Shown one piece after another: positions 1-10,165 of a stretch of 64,000 nt of DNA (position 1 is the first letter of the stretch; every line of letters starts with the position of its first letter). Source of the stretch: Acidobacteriota bacterium (lineage in GTDB: Bacteria; Acidobacteriota; UBA890; WLXD01). The stretch spans positions 1,312,001 to 1,376,000 of the forward strand of contig CBDFKD010000002.1 in the NCBI GenBank assembly GCA_965248695.1, written 5' to 3'. The translations under genes and the position numbers were made by a program. A model generated the notes under the pieces. The model ran no database searches. It had not been told where the DNA came from and was given only the letters and a program-made list of their open reading frames with translations.

Positions 1-61
1 CCCAAGCGGAAGAGCTACTGCTCAGCCGGGGAGACCGGAGTCCAGACCGGGGGACCGGGGC

Positions 62-388
62 TCAGGCGGGGGTATCGGGCAACCCCTGCCACAGCGAGTC
101 GAACATCTCCCGCGACCGCCGCATGGCCCGCTCACCGCGGGGCTGCAGGGCAAAGAAACGTTTGGCGCGGCCGCCACGCTCGCTGGTGGGCTCGCCGAGC
201 GACGATCTCAGCATCCCTTTCTGCTCCATGCGGCGTAGCGTCGCGTAGACGGCGCCGATCGAGACGGAGCGGCCGGTACAACGCTCGATCTCGAGGCGAA
301 TGGTCATGCCGTAGGCGTCGCCGCCGAGGCGCGCCAGCGTCGACAGCACGACGAGCTCGAACTCGCCCAGATAGTCCCCTTTACCCAT
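62..388 (-). CDS. PadR-family transcriptional regulator (acidobacterial type)
   Basis: LGEFELVVL...AYGMTI...SIGAVYATLRRMEQKG...ERGGRAKRFF; starts 3 bp after the permease stop. Confidence 0.92.
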   Translation of the reverse strand: MGKGDYLGEFELVVLSTLARLGGDAYGMTIRLEIERCTGRSVSIGAVYATLRRMEQKGMLRSSLGEPTSERGGRAKRFFALQPRGERAMRRSREMFDSLWQGLPDTPA

Positions 389-391
389 GTG

Positions 392-3079
392 TCAATCCAT
401 CCGCAACGCGATCACCGGATCGATGCGGATGGCGCGTCGAGCCGGGATCCACGTGGCCAACAAGGCAGTGACCGCAAGCACGGCAATCACAGTGCTGAGC
501 ACCAGTGGATCGGTGGTGCTGACACCGTTGAAGGCGTTCGCCAGGATGCGGCTGAGCCCGAACCCTCCGAGCAGCCCGGCGAGCATCCCGAACACAATCA
601 GCACGACGGCCTGGCGGCCGATGAGACGAGCCACCTCGATACCACGAGCACCGAGGGCCATGCGGATGCCGATCTCCTGAGTGCGCTGCGAGACGGCATA
701 AGAGATCACGCCGTAGATGCCGGCGGCCGCCATTACGCCGGCGAACACGGCGAACACCACGAAGATCATCAGCAGGGTCTCGCCGGCGGCAAGCGCATCG
801 TCGACGATCTGCGACATGGTGCGCATGTCCGAGATCGGCTGGTCGCGATCGATCTCCCATATCGCCTGCCGCACCGAGCCAGCAGCGGCAAGCGGGTCGC
901 CGTCGGTCTCGATCAGCATCGCCATCCCCCGCCGGACGTTCTGCTGATACGGCAGCAGCATCATCGGGAACCAGGGATTCTCCGGATCACCGCTGTTGAT
1001 GTTGCCGAAGATGCCGACGATCTCCAACCAGCGATCGGCCTCCTCGACGCCACCGTCCACCCCGTCGTCTACCCCGAGCCTTATTCGCTGGCCGAGGGCG
1101 CTGTCGTCGGGCCAGAAACGCTCGGCGGCATCGGCGTTGATCATCGCCACCGAGATCCCGTCGACATTGTCGTCGAGAGTCAACGAGCGCCCCTCCAGCA
1201 ACGGCAACCCGATGGTCTCGAGCCCGCCGTCCGAGGCCACGGAAACCAGTGCCCACGGCATCTCCGTGGCCTCGGGAATCGGGCGGCCCTCGACCTGGAA
1301 GTTCAAGTTCGGCGGGAAGCTCTGGTAGATACGCTCGCTCACCAGCGCCGCCTGGCGCACCTGCGGCACCTGCCGTACGCGTGCCAAGGCGTCGTCGAAG
1401 TACGCGCGCCAGTCAGACTCGTCGGGGTACTGCGCCGCAGGCAGATCCAGGCGCAGGGTCAGCAGGCCGGCGGTGGAGAATCCGGGGTCGAGAATACGGG
1501 TCTCGATCATGCCGCGGATCGCCAACCCGGCGACGATCATCAACGACAGGGCGAGTGCCACCTGTGCACCGACCAGCGTCCGGCGCCCGCGCAGGCCGGC
1601 ACCGGAGTTACCGCGACCGCCCTCCTTGAGCGCCTCGACAACATCGGGCCGTGAGGCGCGCATGGCCGGCAGCAGACCGAAGAGTATCGGCGCCAACCCT
1701 GCCACCAGCACGGTGAACGCCAACACGTTGCCGTCGATGGTAACGATCTTCAGGAAGTTGGAGATGCCGCTGTTGGCACCGGCCATCCAGACGAGCCCCA
1801 TGAGGAACACCTTCGCCAGCCCCAGGCCGACCACTGCCGAGGCCAACGAGAGCAACGCGCTCTCGGTCACCAGCTGGCTCAGAATGCGCGAGCGCCGGGC
1901 ACCCAGCGCAGCGCGCACGGCGATCTCGCGGCCGCGCGCCGATGCGCGAGCCAGCATCATCGTGGCCACGTTGGAGCAGGCAATCAACATCACCAAGCCG
2001 ACGGTCAGCGACAGCAGCAGCAGCAGCAGCGCCCAGGTTTGTGGCGGCGCCAGCGCACCGTTCATGTCGACCACGGTCGGCAGCCAGCCGGCGTTGGTGT
2101 CCGGATACTCCTCGGCCAGGCGGCGTCCGATGGCGGCAACCTCCTGGTCCGCCTGTTCGGCGCTGACGCCCGGCTTCAGTCGGCCGCTGATCCAGAGGTT
2201 GCGTACGTCGCGGCGCACGGCAGCGCGTTCCAGAGTCAGCGGAACCCATACCTCGGCGGTGGCCAGCGAGCCGAACTCGAGCTCCTCCGTGACCACGCCG
2301 ATGATGGCGGTCTCGTAGCCATCGAGCCGAATGGTTCGGCCAAGCACGCTGTCGTCACCTTCGAAACGATTCTGCCAGGTGTGGTACGCAAGCACCGCGA
2401 CGCGAGCGGCACCGGGCTTGTCCTCGCCTTGCGCAAATCCACGCCCGAGTACGATCGGCACACCCCACAGCTCAAAGATGTTGGCCAGCGCCTCGAAGCC
2501 GCTGATCTGTACCGGCTCATCCCCGCCGGTGAGGATGAAGCTTGCTCCCCGGTTCACCGCCGTGGTGCTCGCGAACGACGTGATCTGATCGCGGATATCC
2601 ATGTAGTCGGCGGCCGACACCGGCGCAGTGAGGACTCCTCGATCGGCGTTGGTCGAGTAGAAGAAGCCCATGCTGTCCGGATCGGCGATCGGCAGCGGCC
2701 GCAGCAGGATGGGGTTGAGCATGCTGAAGATCGCCATGTTGACGCCGATGGCCAACGCCAGCGTCAGGATGGTGAGCAGCGCGAACTGCGGCGCCTTGAG
2801 CAGACTGCGAACGCCATAGCGGAGATCCTGTGGCAACGAGCGCATGAGGGCGGTTCCTGAGTCGGGGGACGGGTTCACGACCAGCAACGAGCGGAGTACC
2901 TGGCCCCAGTACCAGCGATAGGCAGCGTGCCTACCGAGCAACGGCAGCCGGACGCGTCGGTACTCTTCGGCCAGGTCGCCGACCACACATTCACGGTCGA
3001 CGGCGGGAACTCGGAGGCGAAGCAGAGCCTCCGCCAGGCGCGGTGTGCGAGGGCTGCGGCGGCGCGGCGACCGACTCAT
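392..3079 (-). CDS. ADOP-like duplicated ABC permease (MacB/FtsX repeats)
   Basis: QDLRYGVRSL..ALAIGVN, LLIACSNVATMMLAR..REIAVRAALGA, second repeat RTQEIGIRMALGA, C-terminal PARRAIRIDPVIALR. Confidence 0.93.
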   Translation of the reverse strand: MSRSPRRRSPRTPRLAEALLRLRVPAVDRECVVGDLAEEYRRVRLPLLGRHAAYRWYWGQVLRSLLVVNPSPDSGTALMRSLPQDLRYGVRSLLKAPQFALLTILTLALAIGVNMAIFSMLNPILLRPLPIADPDSMGFFYSTNADRGVLTAPVSAADYMDIRDQITSFASTTAVNRGASFILTGGDEPVQISGFEALANIFELWGVPIVLGRGFAQGEDKPGAARVAVLAYHTWQNRFEGDDSVLGRTIRLDGYETAIIGVVTEELEFGSLATAEVWVPLTLERAAVRRDVRNLWISGRLKPGVSAEQADQEVAAIGRRLAEEYPDTNAGWLPTVVDMNGALAPPQTWALLLLLLSLTVGLVMLIACSNVATMMLARASARGREIAVRAALGARRSRILSQLVTESALLSLASAVVGLGLAKVFLMGLVWMAGANSGISNFLKIVTIDGNVLAFTVLVAGLAPILFGLLPAMRASRPDVVEALKEGGRGNSGAGLRGRRTLVGAQVALALSLMIVAGLAIRGMIETRILDPGFSTAGLLTLRLDLPAAQYPDESDWRAYFDDALARVRQVPQVRQAALVSERIYQSFPPNLNFQVEGRPIPEATEMPWALVSVASDGGLETIGLPLLEGRSLTLDDNVDGISVAMINADAAERFWPDDSALGQRIRLGVDDGVDGGVEEADRWLEIVGIFGNINSGDPENPWFPMMLLPYQQNVRRGMAMLIETDGDPLAAAGSVRQAIWEIDRDQPISDMRTMSQIVDDALAAGETLLMIFVVFAVFAGVMAAAGIYGVISYAVSQRTQEIGIRMALGARGIEVARLIGRQAVVLIVFGMLAGLLGGFGLSRILANAFNGVSTTDPLVLSTVIAVLAVTALLATWIPARRAIRIDPVIALRMD

Positions 3080-3122
3080 GGGTTGCTCAGACTGCCGGTC
3101 TTGCGCCCGCCGGGTAGTGATT

Positions 3123-3154
3123 TTTCGTACATGATAGAGGAAATACGTACGAAA
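3123..3154. promoter_or_regulatory. AT-rich inverted repeat upstream of the permease-PadR operon, candidate PadR operator
   Basis: TTTCGTAC (3123-3130) N16 GTACGAAA (3147-3154). Confidence 0.45.
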
Positions 3155-3166
3155 CCGCCTGGAGTT

Positions 3167-3880
3167 TCATCTGCCACCGATCGGGCGGCGGCGAATGTTG
3201 AACCAATAGCCCGGCCAGATCAGCAGGATCCCGACCAGCTCCATAAGGTAGAGCACCTCGGTGTGACCCATGCGGCTCGCAGCCCCTCCGACCCCCGGCA
3301 GGATCGCGCCGATGGCGATCAGGACGTTGCCGACGAGCCGATCGCGCGCGATCCCCGGCTCGCTGGCGCTGGCCGCCCGCCCGAAGCGCCAGGCGGACAG
3401 GACGGCGCCGCCGAAAAGGAAGATCACCGCGTAGGTGTTGATGAACGGGCTGAACCCCCGTACCCATTGCCAGCCGAAGGCAGTTCCACTCGGCAGGTGA
3501 GGATCCACGACCTCATAGTTGATCGGGCTGGCAATCACGCATGCCGACGCCACCACCGCGACCGCAACGAGCGCGAACGTGAGCACCCGTGCCGTCCGTG
3601 CCCGCAGCAACAGCCACACCGTGCCCTGGGCCAGCGGTGCCCCTCCGAGCAGCGCCCCAACGATGTACCAGAACTTGAAGACGAAGGCGTTCCAACCGAA
3701 GAGCGTGATCCACCCCTCGGCGAACGTGCCCAGTCCATAGACCAGGATCCCGCCACTCCACCACAAGAGGTGATTGCCGCCTCCGCGAGCCAGGTACCGC
3801 CGGTATACGGCGGCGGCGAACACCAACGACAACGCCGTGGTCGCAATCGGCAGGTAATGCAATATCGAGACGGGCGCCAT
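3167..3880 (-). CDS. Hypothetical multi-pass membrane protein (~7 TM)
   Basis: Multiple hydrophobic helices; GGAG RBS before ATG 3880. Confidence 0.75.
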   Translation of the reverse strand: MAPVSILHYLPIATTALSLVFAAAVYRRYLARGGGNHLLWWSGGILVYGLGTFAEGWITLFGWNAFVFKFWYIVGALLGGAPLAQGTVWLLLRARTARVLTFALVAVAVVASACVIASPINYEVVDPHLPSGTAFGWQWVRGFSPFINTYAVIFLFGGAVLSAWRFGRAASASEPGIARDRLVGNVLIAIGAILPGVGGAASRMGHTEVLYLMELVGILLIWPGYWFNIRRRPIGGR

Positions 3881-4053
3881 GTCGCTCCAGGCAGGTGGGC
3901 AGGATCCGTCACGGTCGAAGCAATACTCCACCGAGCCGCTGGTCCAAATGTCACATCCGTATCATCGCGCCCGCGCGGGAGGATCGGTGCGAAAGCTAGC
4001 CCCTGGCGACCGTCTCAGTTGTTCAGGGCAAATGAATCCTGGGTTGTGTAATG

Positions 4054-4073
4054 AACATACGTAGATGTATGTT
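4054..4073. promoter_or_regulatory. Candidate toxin-antitoxin operator
   Basis: AACATAC-N6-GTATGTT just upstream of the antitoxin ATG (4083). Confidence 0.55.
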
Positions 4074-4082
4074 TCCTACATC

Positions 4083-4361
4083 ATGCGAAAATGAGTTCAA
4101 GTACTCGTGTCCCAGGTCGATATGGACCAATTCCGTCGCGCGGCCGAGCGCGACGGAATCTCCTTGAGCGCCTGGCTGCGCGGCGCCGGGCTGGAGCGGC
4201 TTCGCGGTCAACGAGCAGACAGCCTGAGGACGCCGGACGATCTGCGACGCTTCTTCGAGGAGTGCGCTCGGCGCGAAGCCGACCAGGGCCACGAGCCCGG
4301 GTGGGAGCAACACCGGCGAGCGATCGACGCGTCGCGCTCCAGTGGACAGTCGTCGACGTGA
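4083..4361 (+). pseudogene. RHH-type antitoxin (VapB-like) with in-frame TGA at codon 4; restart at GTG 4107 possible
   Basis: ATG CGA AAA TGA GTT CAA GTA CTC GTG = MRK*VQVLVSQ...ISLSAWLR; stop overlaps toxin start (GTGA). Confidence 0.6.
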
Positions 4362-4735
4362 TCTTCCTGGATACCAATGTGTTCATGTATGCCGTCGGCC
4401 GACCACATCCCTTACGGCCGCCGGAGGCACAGGAGTTCCTCGAGGCATCGATCGGGGGCCGAAGCCTGTGCACCTCGGCCGAGGTGCTGCAGGAGCTAGT
4501 CCACGCCTACGTAGCGGTCGACCGCCTCTCGACGCTGGATGCCGCGCTGCAGCTGGCGCGCGATGTCACCGCCGAAGTGTGGCCCATCGAGCTCGACGAC
4601 GTGCTGCTGGCGCGCGACCTCGTTCAGGCGAATCCGGGCCTCGGTGCGCGCGACCTGCTGCACCTGGCATGCCGGCGGCGCGAGGTCGTGGAGGTGAAGA
4701 CGTTCGATCGTGGGCTCAGGGCAGCGTTCGCGTAG
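4358..4735 (+). CDS. vapC: PIN-domain toxin, VapC family
   Basis: IFLDTNVFMYAVGRPH, TSAEVLQE, ARDLLHLA, TFDRG acidic PIN motifs. Confidence 0.9.
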   Translation: MIFLDTNVFMYAVGRPHPLRPPEAQEFLEASIGGRSLCTSAEVLQELVHAYVAVDRLSTLDAALQLARDVTAEVWPIELDDVLLARDLVQANPGLGARDLLHLACRRREVVEVKTFDRGLRAAFA

Positions 4736-4979
4736 GGCCGTCCTCGACGGTGTAGTCGACCTCGAGCAGCTCTCCACGGCGCGCCTCGGTGGCTTGCCGC
4801 ACGCGCCGGCCGTTCCACCAGATGCGCAACGCGGCGACCGCTGCGAGCACCAACGCCACAACGAACCCGGCAGTGAGCAGAAAGAACCCGAGCGCCAGCA
4901 CCACGACGGTCGCCAGCGCCCAAACGAGGCGCCCGAGTACCGTGGTTGGCGGGGAGAGCACGACCGTGCGTCGGACCAT
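4716..4979 (-). CDS. Small membrane protein
   Basis: GGAG RBS; two TM segments and a C-terminal LEVDYTVED motif; 3' end overlaps vapC. Confidence 0.6.
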   Translation of the reverse strand: MVRRTVVLSPPTTVLGRLVWALATVVVLALGFFLLTAGFVVALVLAAVAALRIWWNGRRVRQATEARRGELLEVDYTVEDGPTRTLP

Positions 4980-5115
4980 CAGAGCTCCGCGGGGAGACGG
5001 AGTCATCATGGTACCAGTCGCGCTTGTCACGGCGCCGTGCTTGGACCCGACCTGCAGCGGTAATATGGATGCCTGACGGTACCGATGCGACGCGGCTCGA
5101 CTGGGAGGTGAGCCG

Positions 5116-5997
5116 ATGACAGACGAAACGCACGACGAAGTGCACGACCTGAAGGAGCCGAAAACTCCGCGTCTTTGGACCATTGGCCTGCTCGTCGTCT
5201 TGCTGGCAGCGCTGGTGGTGTTCGTCTTCCTGCGCATGCAGGAGGTGGAGAACCGCATGGCCGCTCTAGGAGACGACGTCGGCGAAGCTCGGGATCGCGC
5301 CGCGCAGGCGACACGTCGCGCTCGCGAAGCGGAGGAGGCCGCGGCCGCGGCCGGCGTTCTCGTCGGCGAGGCCAAGGAGCGCGCCGACGACGAGGCGGCA
5401 GCGCGCGCCGCCGCCGAGGAGTCTCGGCTGGCGGCCGAAAGCGAGGCAGATTTCGCCTACCAGCGTGCCGATCTGGCCGAGGATGCTGCCCGCCAGGCCC
5501 AAGCGGAGGCCGATCAAATTCGCGCCCAACGGGATGCCGAAATGTCGCGCCTGCAGGACGCCCTCGGGCAGATTGCCGACACCCAGCGCACGGCAGTCGG
5601 GCTGGTCATGAACCTCGGTGAGGACACCATCAACTTCGAGTTCGACAAGGCGGATCTCAAGCCCGAGGACCGCGAGCTGCTCAGCCGCATCGTCGGCGTG
5701 CTGATGACCGCCGGCGGCTACCGCCTTCATGTATTCGGCCACACTGACGATGTCGGCAGCCGCGGCTACAACCAGACTCTGTCGGAGCGTCGCGCCGCCG
5801 CCGTCTTCGACTATCTCGTGTCGGCGGGGCTCGATTCGGACATCCTAACCATGCAGGGCTTCGGCAAGACGCAGCCGCTTGCCGAGGGCACCAGCGAGGA
5901 AGCCCGCGCCCGCAACCGGCGCGTCGAGCTCGGCATCATCGACACGGTGGTCAACTACAGCACCGAAGCACCACCGATCGACAGGCAGCAGCGATAG
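5116..5997 (+). CDS. OmpA-family peptidoglycan-binding protein with N-terminal TM and coiled coil
   Basis: FEFDKADL, GHTDDVGSRGYNQTLSERRA, RARNRRVE. Confidence 0.9.
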   Translation: MTDETHDEVHDLKEPKTPRLWTIGLLVVLLAALVVFVFLRMQEVENRMAALGDDVGEARDRAAQATRRAREAEEAAAAAGVLVGEAKERADDEAAARAAAEESRLAAESEADFAYQRADLAEDAARQAQAEADQIRAQRDAEMSRLQDALGQIADTQRTAVGLVMNLGEDTINFEFDKADLKPEDRELLSRIVGVLMTAGGYRLHVFGHTDDVGSRGYNQTLSERRAAAVFDYLVSAGLDSDILTMQGFGKTQPLAEGTSEEARARNRRVELGIIDTVVNYSTEAPPIDRQQR

Positions 5998-6001
5998 CTG
6001 C

Positions 6002-6034
6002 CTAGCAGGCCGTGGTGGAAGTGTGGCCTGCTAG
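6002..6034. repeat. Minimal 33-bp copy of the CTAG-bounded MITE
   Basis: CTAGCAGGCC-GTGGTGGAAGTGT-GGCCTGCTAG; matches the terminus of the 21914-22192 element. Confidence 0.8.
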
Positions 6035-7176
6035 CCGCAGTACTCGATCGCCGCTTGGGTCAGCGTGGTGCTCAGCTTCTCGACGGAGTCCAACTCGACC
6101 CACTCGACGGCGGCGTGGGCGCCGTGGCCGGTGTGGCCGAAGACCGCCGTATCGATACCGGCAGCGGCCAGGAAGGCGGCATCCATCCAGTAGGGAAAGC
6201 CGAGACGGTTCGGCGGCTCGCCGAGAACCCGACCTGCAGCCTCCGAGACCACCTCAACGATCCTGGAATCAGCGAGCGCCTCGAAGGCCGGCCGTTCGAG
6301 CACCAGTCGCGCGGTTCCGGTCAGCTCGGAAGAAGGCGTGTCGAGGCGGCCAAGCAGGACTTCGACGTCGTCGAGAGCCAGCTGGCCGCTCTCCCCGGGA
6401 AGCAAACGACGCTCGATTTGCGCCACGGATCGCGCCGCGTAGGTGCTCCAGCCAGTGCCGCCCTCGACTCGCGCCACGTGCATCGATCCGGGCCCGAGTG
6501 CTGGATGCGGCGCACGCTGTCGGATCTCGCGCTCGAGCCCCGCCAGATGCGCCAGCAGCTCGCCCATACGCAGGTTGGCGTCGACGCCGTGCTCGAAGAG
6601 GGCGCCGTGCGCGGCAACCCCGGGCACCTCGATCTCGACCCAGGCGAACCCTTTGTGGGCCACACCCAGCTGCAGCTCGGTGGGCTCGGTAACGATCGCG
6701 GCGTCGGCACCGAACTGCTCGAGCACCGCCTGCATGCCGACGCTGGCCTCCTCCTCGTCGGCCACCGCCACCACCAGGACGTCGCCCGCCAGGTCAGCGT
6801 CCATGTCACTCAGCGCCTTTGCTGCGGTGACGCACGCGGCAAGCCCCGCCTTCATGTCGTAGGCGCCGCGACCGTACAGCCGCCCATCCTCCACGACGGG
6901 ATGGAACGGCTGCACCATTTCCTCCACGCCGGCGGTGTCGAGATGCGCGTAGAGCATGAGTGAGGCGCCGTCGCCGGAACCCGGCATCACGCCGACCACC
7001 GAGACTCGCCCGGGCTGCGGCTCGATCAGGTGGGTAGCCAGACCGAGCTCGTCGAGGTCAGCGGCGACGATGGCGGCGAGCGGAGCTTCAGCCCCCTGTG
7101 GATCGAACGCCGGGTTGACCGACGGCGTCGCTAGGTAGGCGCTGAGCCGATCCAACAAGTAGTCGTGGTCGATCAC
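6031..7176 (-). CDS. M20 ArgE/DapE-family deacylase
   Basis: AHLDT, GRGAYDMKAG, DEEEAS, TEPT, GAHAAVEWV. Confidence 0.9.
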   Translation of the reverse strand: MIDHDYLLDRLSAYLATPSVNPAFDPQGAEAPLAAIVAADLDELGLATHLIEPQPGRVSVVGVMPGSGDGASLMLYAHLDTAGVEEMVQPFHPVVEDGRLYGRGAYDMKAGLAACVTAAKALSDMDADLAGDVLVVAVADEEEASVGMQAVLEQFGADAAIVTEPTELQLGVAHKGFAWVEIEVPGVAAHGALFEHGVDANLRMGELLAHLAGLEREIRQRAPHPALGPGSMHVARVEGGTGWSTYAARSVAQIERRLLPGESGQLALDDVEVLLGRLDTPSSELTGTARLVLERPAFEALADSRIVEVVSEAAGRVLGEPPNRLGFPYWMDAAFLAAAGIDTAVFGHTGHGAHAAVEWVELDSVEKLSTTLTQAAIEYCG

Positions 7177-9014
7177 TAGCTGCGCGCCGTCGGTGTCATC
7201 GTCGTCTGGTGGCGTTCGCCGTCGCGCAGGAACACGATTTCGAGCGGCTCACCTACCTTCACCGCGTCGAGCGCGTAGGTGTAGTCGTAGATGTTGGCGA
7301 TCGTCTGTCCGCCGAACTCGACGATGACGTCGCCGGCCCGCAATCCCGCTGCCTCCGCCGGCCCTCCCTCGATAACGCCGCCCAGAAGCAGGCCCTCGAT
7401 GTCGGAGGCGTAGTCGGGAATCGTGCCGGTGAACGCCCGAACGGTGTCGCGACTCCCCTGCTGCTCGGTGCGTGTCTGCTGCACGGCCACGAACTGCGGG
7501 GCGGGTTCGAGGTTGCTCACGTTCTGGGCGACGAGCGCGCCGAGGTGAGCGACGCGTGCCAGATCCTCGATGTTGAGCAGCTCGGCATCGTCACTCGGGC
7601 GGTGATAGTCGGTGTGCACGTCGGTGAAGAACGCCAGAGTCGGCACGCGTGCCTGGTTGAACGAGCTCGAGTCGGTCGGCAGATAGGGGTTATCGTCCAT
7701 CTTGATGTCGAAGCCGACGACGATGTTGCTGCGCTCGATGAGGCCCGGCCATTCGGCACTGCTGCCGACCGCCTGCACCACCAGCTGGTTGTCCTTGGCG
7801 CGGCCCACCATGTCGAAGTTGAGGTTGGCGGCCACCTGCTCCATCGACAGCACATCGCCGCGGGCGAAATCGCGCGAGCCGATGGTGCCGAGCTCCTCCC
7901 CCGACCAGAACGCCAGCGCCACGTTGCGGCCCCGTCGCAACTCTGCAAGTCGAGCTCCGGCGGCAAGCACAGCCGCCACGCCGGAGGCGTTGTCGTCGGC
8001 GCCGTTGTGGATCTCGCCCGCCTCAGTGTTGCCGGCCAGTGAGTTGCCGCCGAGTCCGTGGCCGAGGTGATCGTAGTGGGCTCCCAGCACCACCCAGGGG
8101 CGCTCCACACCGTCCGTCGCTTCCGATGCCGGCAGGTAACCGACGACGTTGCTGCCCTCGCCGCGCTCGCGGTGCACACGGACGCTGATCTCTGCATCCA
8201 CTCCGAGATCGAAGCCCGTTGCGTGCGGGTTGCCGGTATCGAGGTCGGCCTGCACCTCCTCGAGGTTGCGATCGGCGGCCGCGAAGATCACCTCGGTCAC
8301 GGAACCGCCGACGCTCGCGGCAACGATGCCTGAGCTTGCCGCCGCCGTGTCGAAAGTCATCCGCACCAACTCGCCAGCATTGGCCGAGCGTGGCCCGGTG
8401 ACAACCAGCAACCCGTTGGCGCCGCGCTCACGCGCCTGCATCGCCTTGTAGCGCAGGCCCGAGTAACGCGACAGGATGGCGCGCGTCTCCTGGTCAACGT
8501 CCTCCGGGATATACCGCAGCACGACGACGATCTTGTCGGTGACGTCGAGCCCGAAGTAGCTGTCGTACGGGTAGTTCTGGCTCTCCGGGATCGACAGCCC
8601 GTAGCCAGCGAACACCAGCTCACCGCTGGCTGTGGCGTCTTCGGAGAAGGACAGCGCCCGCAGCACGCCGTCGGCGGCGGAATACTCATGACCCGCGGCG
8701 TTGAGCCGACTGCCCGCATCCGTGATCCCGGCGGTGAACTCGAACGGCAACCGATAACCGTCGGCCCCGGGCAACGGCTTGGCGCCGAGCTGTCGCAACT
8801 GCTCGATCAGATAGTCGGCGGCCTGCGAGGCGCCCTCGGTGCCGGTCAGTCGACCTTCCAGGGCGTCCGAGGCCAGGTAGTCGACGTGTCGGCGAATCGC
8901 ATCCTCGCCATGCATGGCGCCAGCGGTCTGCTGCCCTTGTGCCAGCGTGGCACTACACAGCAGCAAGCCGACGCCGACGAGTGCCCGCGGGCGCGATCCG
9001 GGACTCATGCTCAT
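7176..9014 (-). CDS. Secreted M28 aminopeptidase with PA and C-terminal PDZ domains
   Basis: GAHYDHLG, NGADDNASG, SGEELG, NFDMVG, DYHRPSD; PDZ GGPAEAAGLRAGDVI; ATGA overlap with upstream gene. Confidence 0.92.
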   Translation of the reverse strand: MSMSPGSRPRALVGVGLLLCSATLAQGQQTAGAMHGEDAIRRHVDYLASDALEGRLTGTEGASQAADYLIEQLRQLGAKPLPGADGYRLPFEFTAGITDAGSRLNAAGHEYSAADGVLRALSFSEDATASGELVFAGYGLSIPESQNYPYDSYFGLDVTDKIVVVLRYIPEDVDQETRAILSRYSGLRYKAMQARERGANGLLVVTGPRSANAGELVRMTFDTAAASSGIVAASVGGSVTEVIFAAADRNLEEVQADLDTGNPHATGFDLGVDAEISVRVHRERGEGSNVVGYLPASEATDGVERPWVVLGAHYDHLGHGLGGNSLAGNTEAGEIHNGADDNASGVAAVLAAGARLAELRRGRNVALAFWSGEELGTIGSRDFARGDVLSMEQVAANLNFDMVGRAKDNQLVVQAVGSSAEWPGLIERSNIVVGFDIKMDDNPYLPTDSSSFNQARVPTLAFFTDVHTDYHRPSDDAELLNIEDLARVAHLGALVAQNVSNLEPAPQFVAVQQTRTEQQGSRDTVRAFTGTIPDYASDIEGLLLGGVIEGGPAEAAGLRAGDVIVEFGGQTIANIYDYTYALDAVKVGEPLEIVFLRDGERHQTTMTPTARS

Positions 9015-10165
9015 TGGCCGCTTTCCTCGGAGTTGTGCACTCTGGCGGGTGCGTCCGCCAGCGCAGCGAGCGCCGCCTCGTGATCCCATCGAGCGACGAA
9101 GATCTGGGAGCCCTTCTCGCCGTGACGCTGCGACGTGAACGCCAGCGTCGCGCCGTCTGGTGACGGGACCGGCAGGCCGTCGAAACCGTCCGAGTAGGTC
9201 ACCCGTACGGGCTCCTTGTCGCCAGCGATATCGACCATGTAGACCTCGAAGTTCTCGAAGCCGAGCTTGTTGGTGGAGAAGAACACGTACTGGCGCGACG
9301 GATGCACGTACGGTGCCCAGCTCATGGCGCCGAAATCGGTGAGCCGCCGCTCATCGCTGCCGTCGGGATTGGCCGAGTAAACGTCGGCCATCAGGCCCGA
9401 CGGATGGAAGCGTCGCCAAATGATGCGCGAGCCGTCATGAAAGAAGAACGGCCCGCCATCGTAGCCCGGTACGTCGGTGAGCTGGCGTTGCTCGGAGCCA
9501 TCCGAGCGCATCATCCACAGGTCGGCGAAGTAGGCCGGATCGCGCTCCAGAAGGTTCCCTTCCTCGGTGGTCAGCTCGCGCCCGTATGCATTGCGGTTCG
9601 ACGAGAACACGATCCACTCGCCGTCGGGCGAGTAGCTACCCTCGGCATCGTAGCCCCGAGCGTCGGTCAGCTGACGGGTCGTCCCGCTGGCCATGTCGGT
9701 GACGAAGATATCCATCGCCGGGTCGTAGTCCCAGGCGTAGCGTCGTTCCTGCCCCGAGGCGCGCATGTCGAACTCCTCCTGCTGATGGCGCCTGGAGTCG
9801 GGGTCGAGGTGGGTCGAGGCATACTCCACCTCGCCGGTCACCGGGTGAACGAACGCGCACGTCGTCTTCCCATACCCCGGCGAGACGCGCTCGGTGTCGC
9901 CGGTGGCGAGATCTAGGAGGTAGATCTGATAGAACGGATTGTCGGCCTCGCGCTCGCTCTGCAGCACCATCTTGGTGCCGTCGTAGGAGTAGTAGCCCTC
10001 GCCCGAGCGCACACCGTCGTAGGTGAGCCTTCGTACGCGGCTCATCAAGCGAGCTTCGGCCGACGTGTCGTTGGCGGAGCCTTGCTGGGTGGCCGCCAGC
10101 TCGCGATCGACGAACGGCACGAGGCCGAGCAAGGCGATGAGAACGGGCAGAATGAGCTTGCGCAT
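9011..10165 (-). CDS. TolB-like PD40/WD40 beta-propeller protein
   Basis: Signal peptide MRKLILPV...; repeated GYDAEGSYSPDG / GYDGGPFF / FDGLPVPSPDG. Confidence 0.88.
   Translation of the reverse strand: MRKLILPVLIALLGLVPFVDRELAATQQGSANDTSAEARLMSRVRRLTYDGVRSGEGYYSYDGTKMVLQSEREADNPFYQIYLLDLATGDTERVSPGYGKTTCAFVHPVTGEVEYASTHLDPDSRRHQQEEFDMRASGQERRYAWDYDPAMDIFVTDMASGTTRQLTDARGYDAEGSYSPDGEWIVFSSNRNAYGRELTTEEGNLLERDPAYFADLWMMRSDGSEQRQLTDVPGYDGGPFFFHDGSRIIWRRFHPSGLMADVYSANPDGSDERRLTDFGAMSWAPYVHPSRQYVFFSTNKLGFENFEVYMVDIAGDKEPVRVTYSDGFDGLPVPSPDGATLAFTSQRHGEKGSQIFVARWDHEAALAALADAPARVHNSEESGQ

Noticed and set aside
2012-2029. (CAG)6 tract as a phase-variable repeat
   Set aside because: Triplet repeat encoding poly-Leu in a TM helix; slippage would not shift the frame
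4092-4094. Selenocysteine or recoded TGA
   Set aside because: The position is expected to be Arg, no SECIS was identified, and TGA is used as a stop throughout the window
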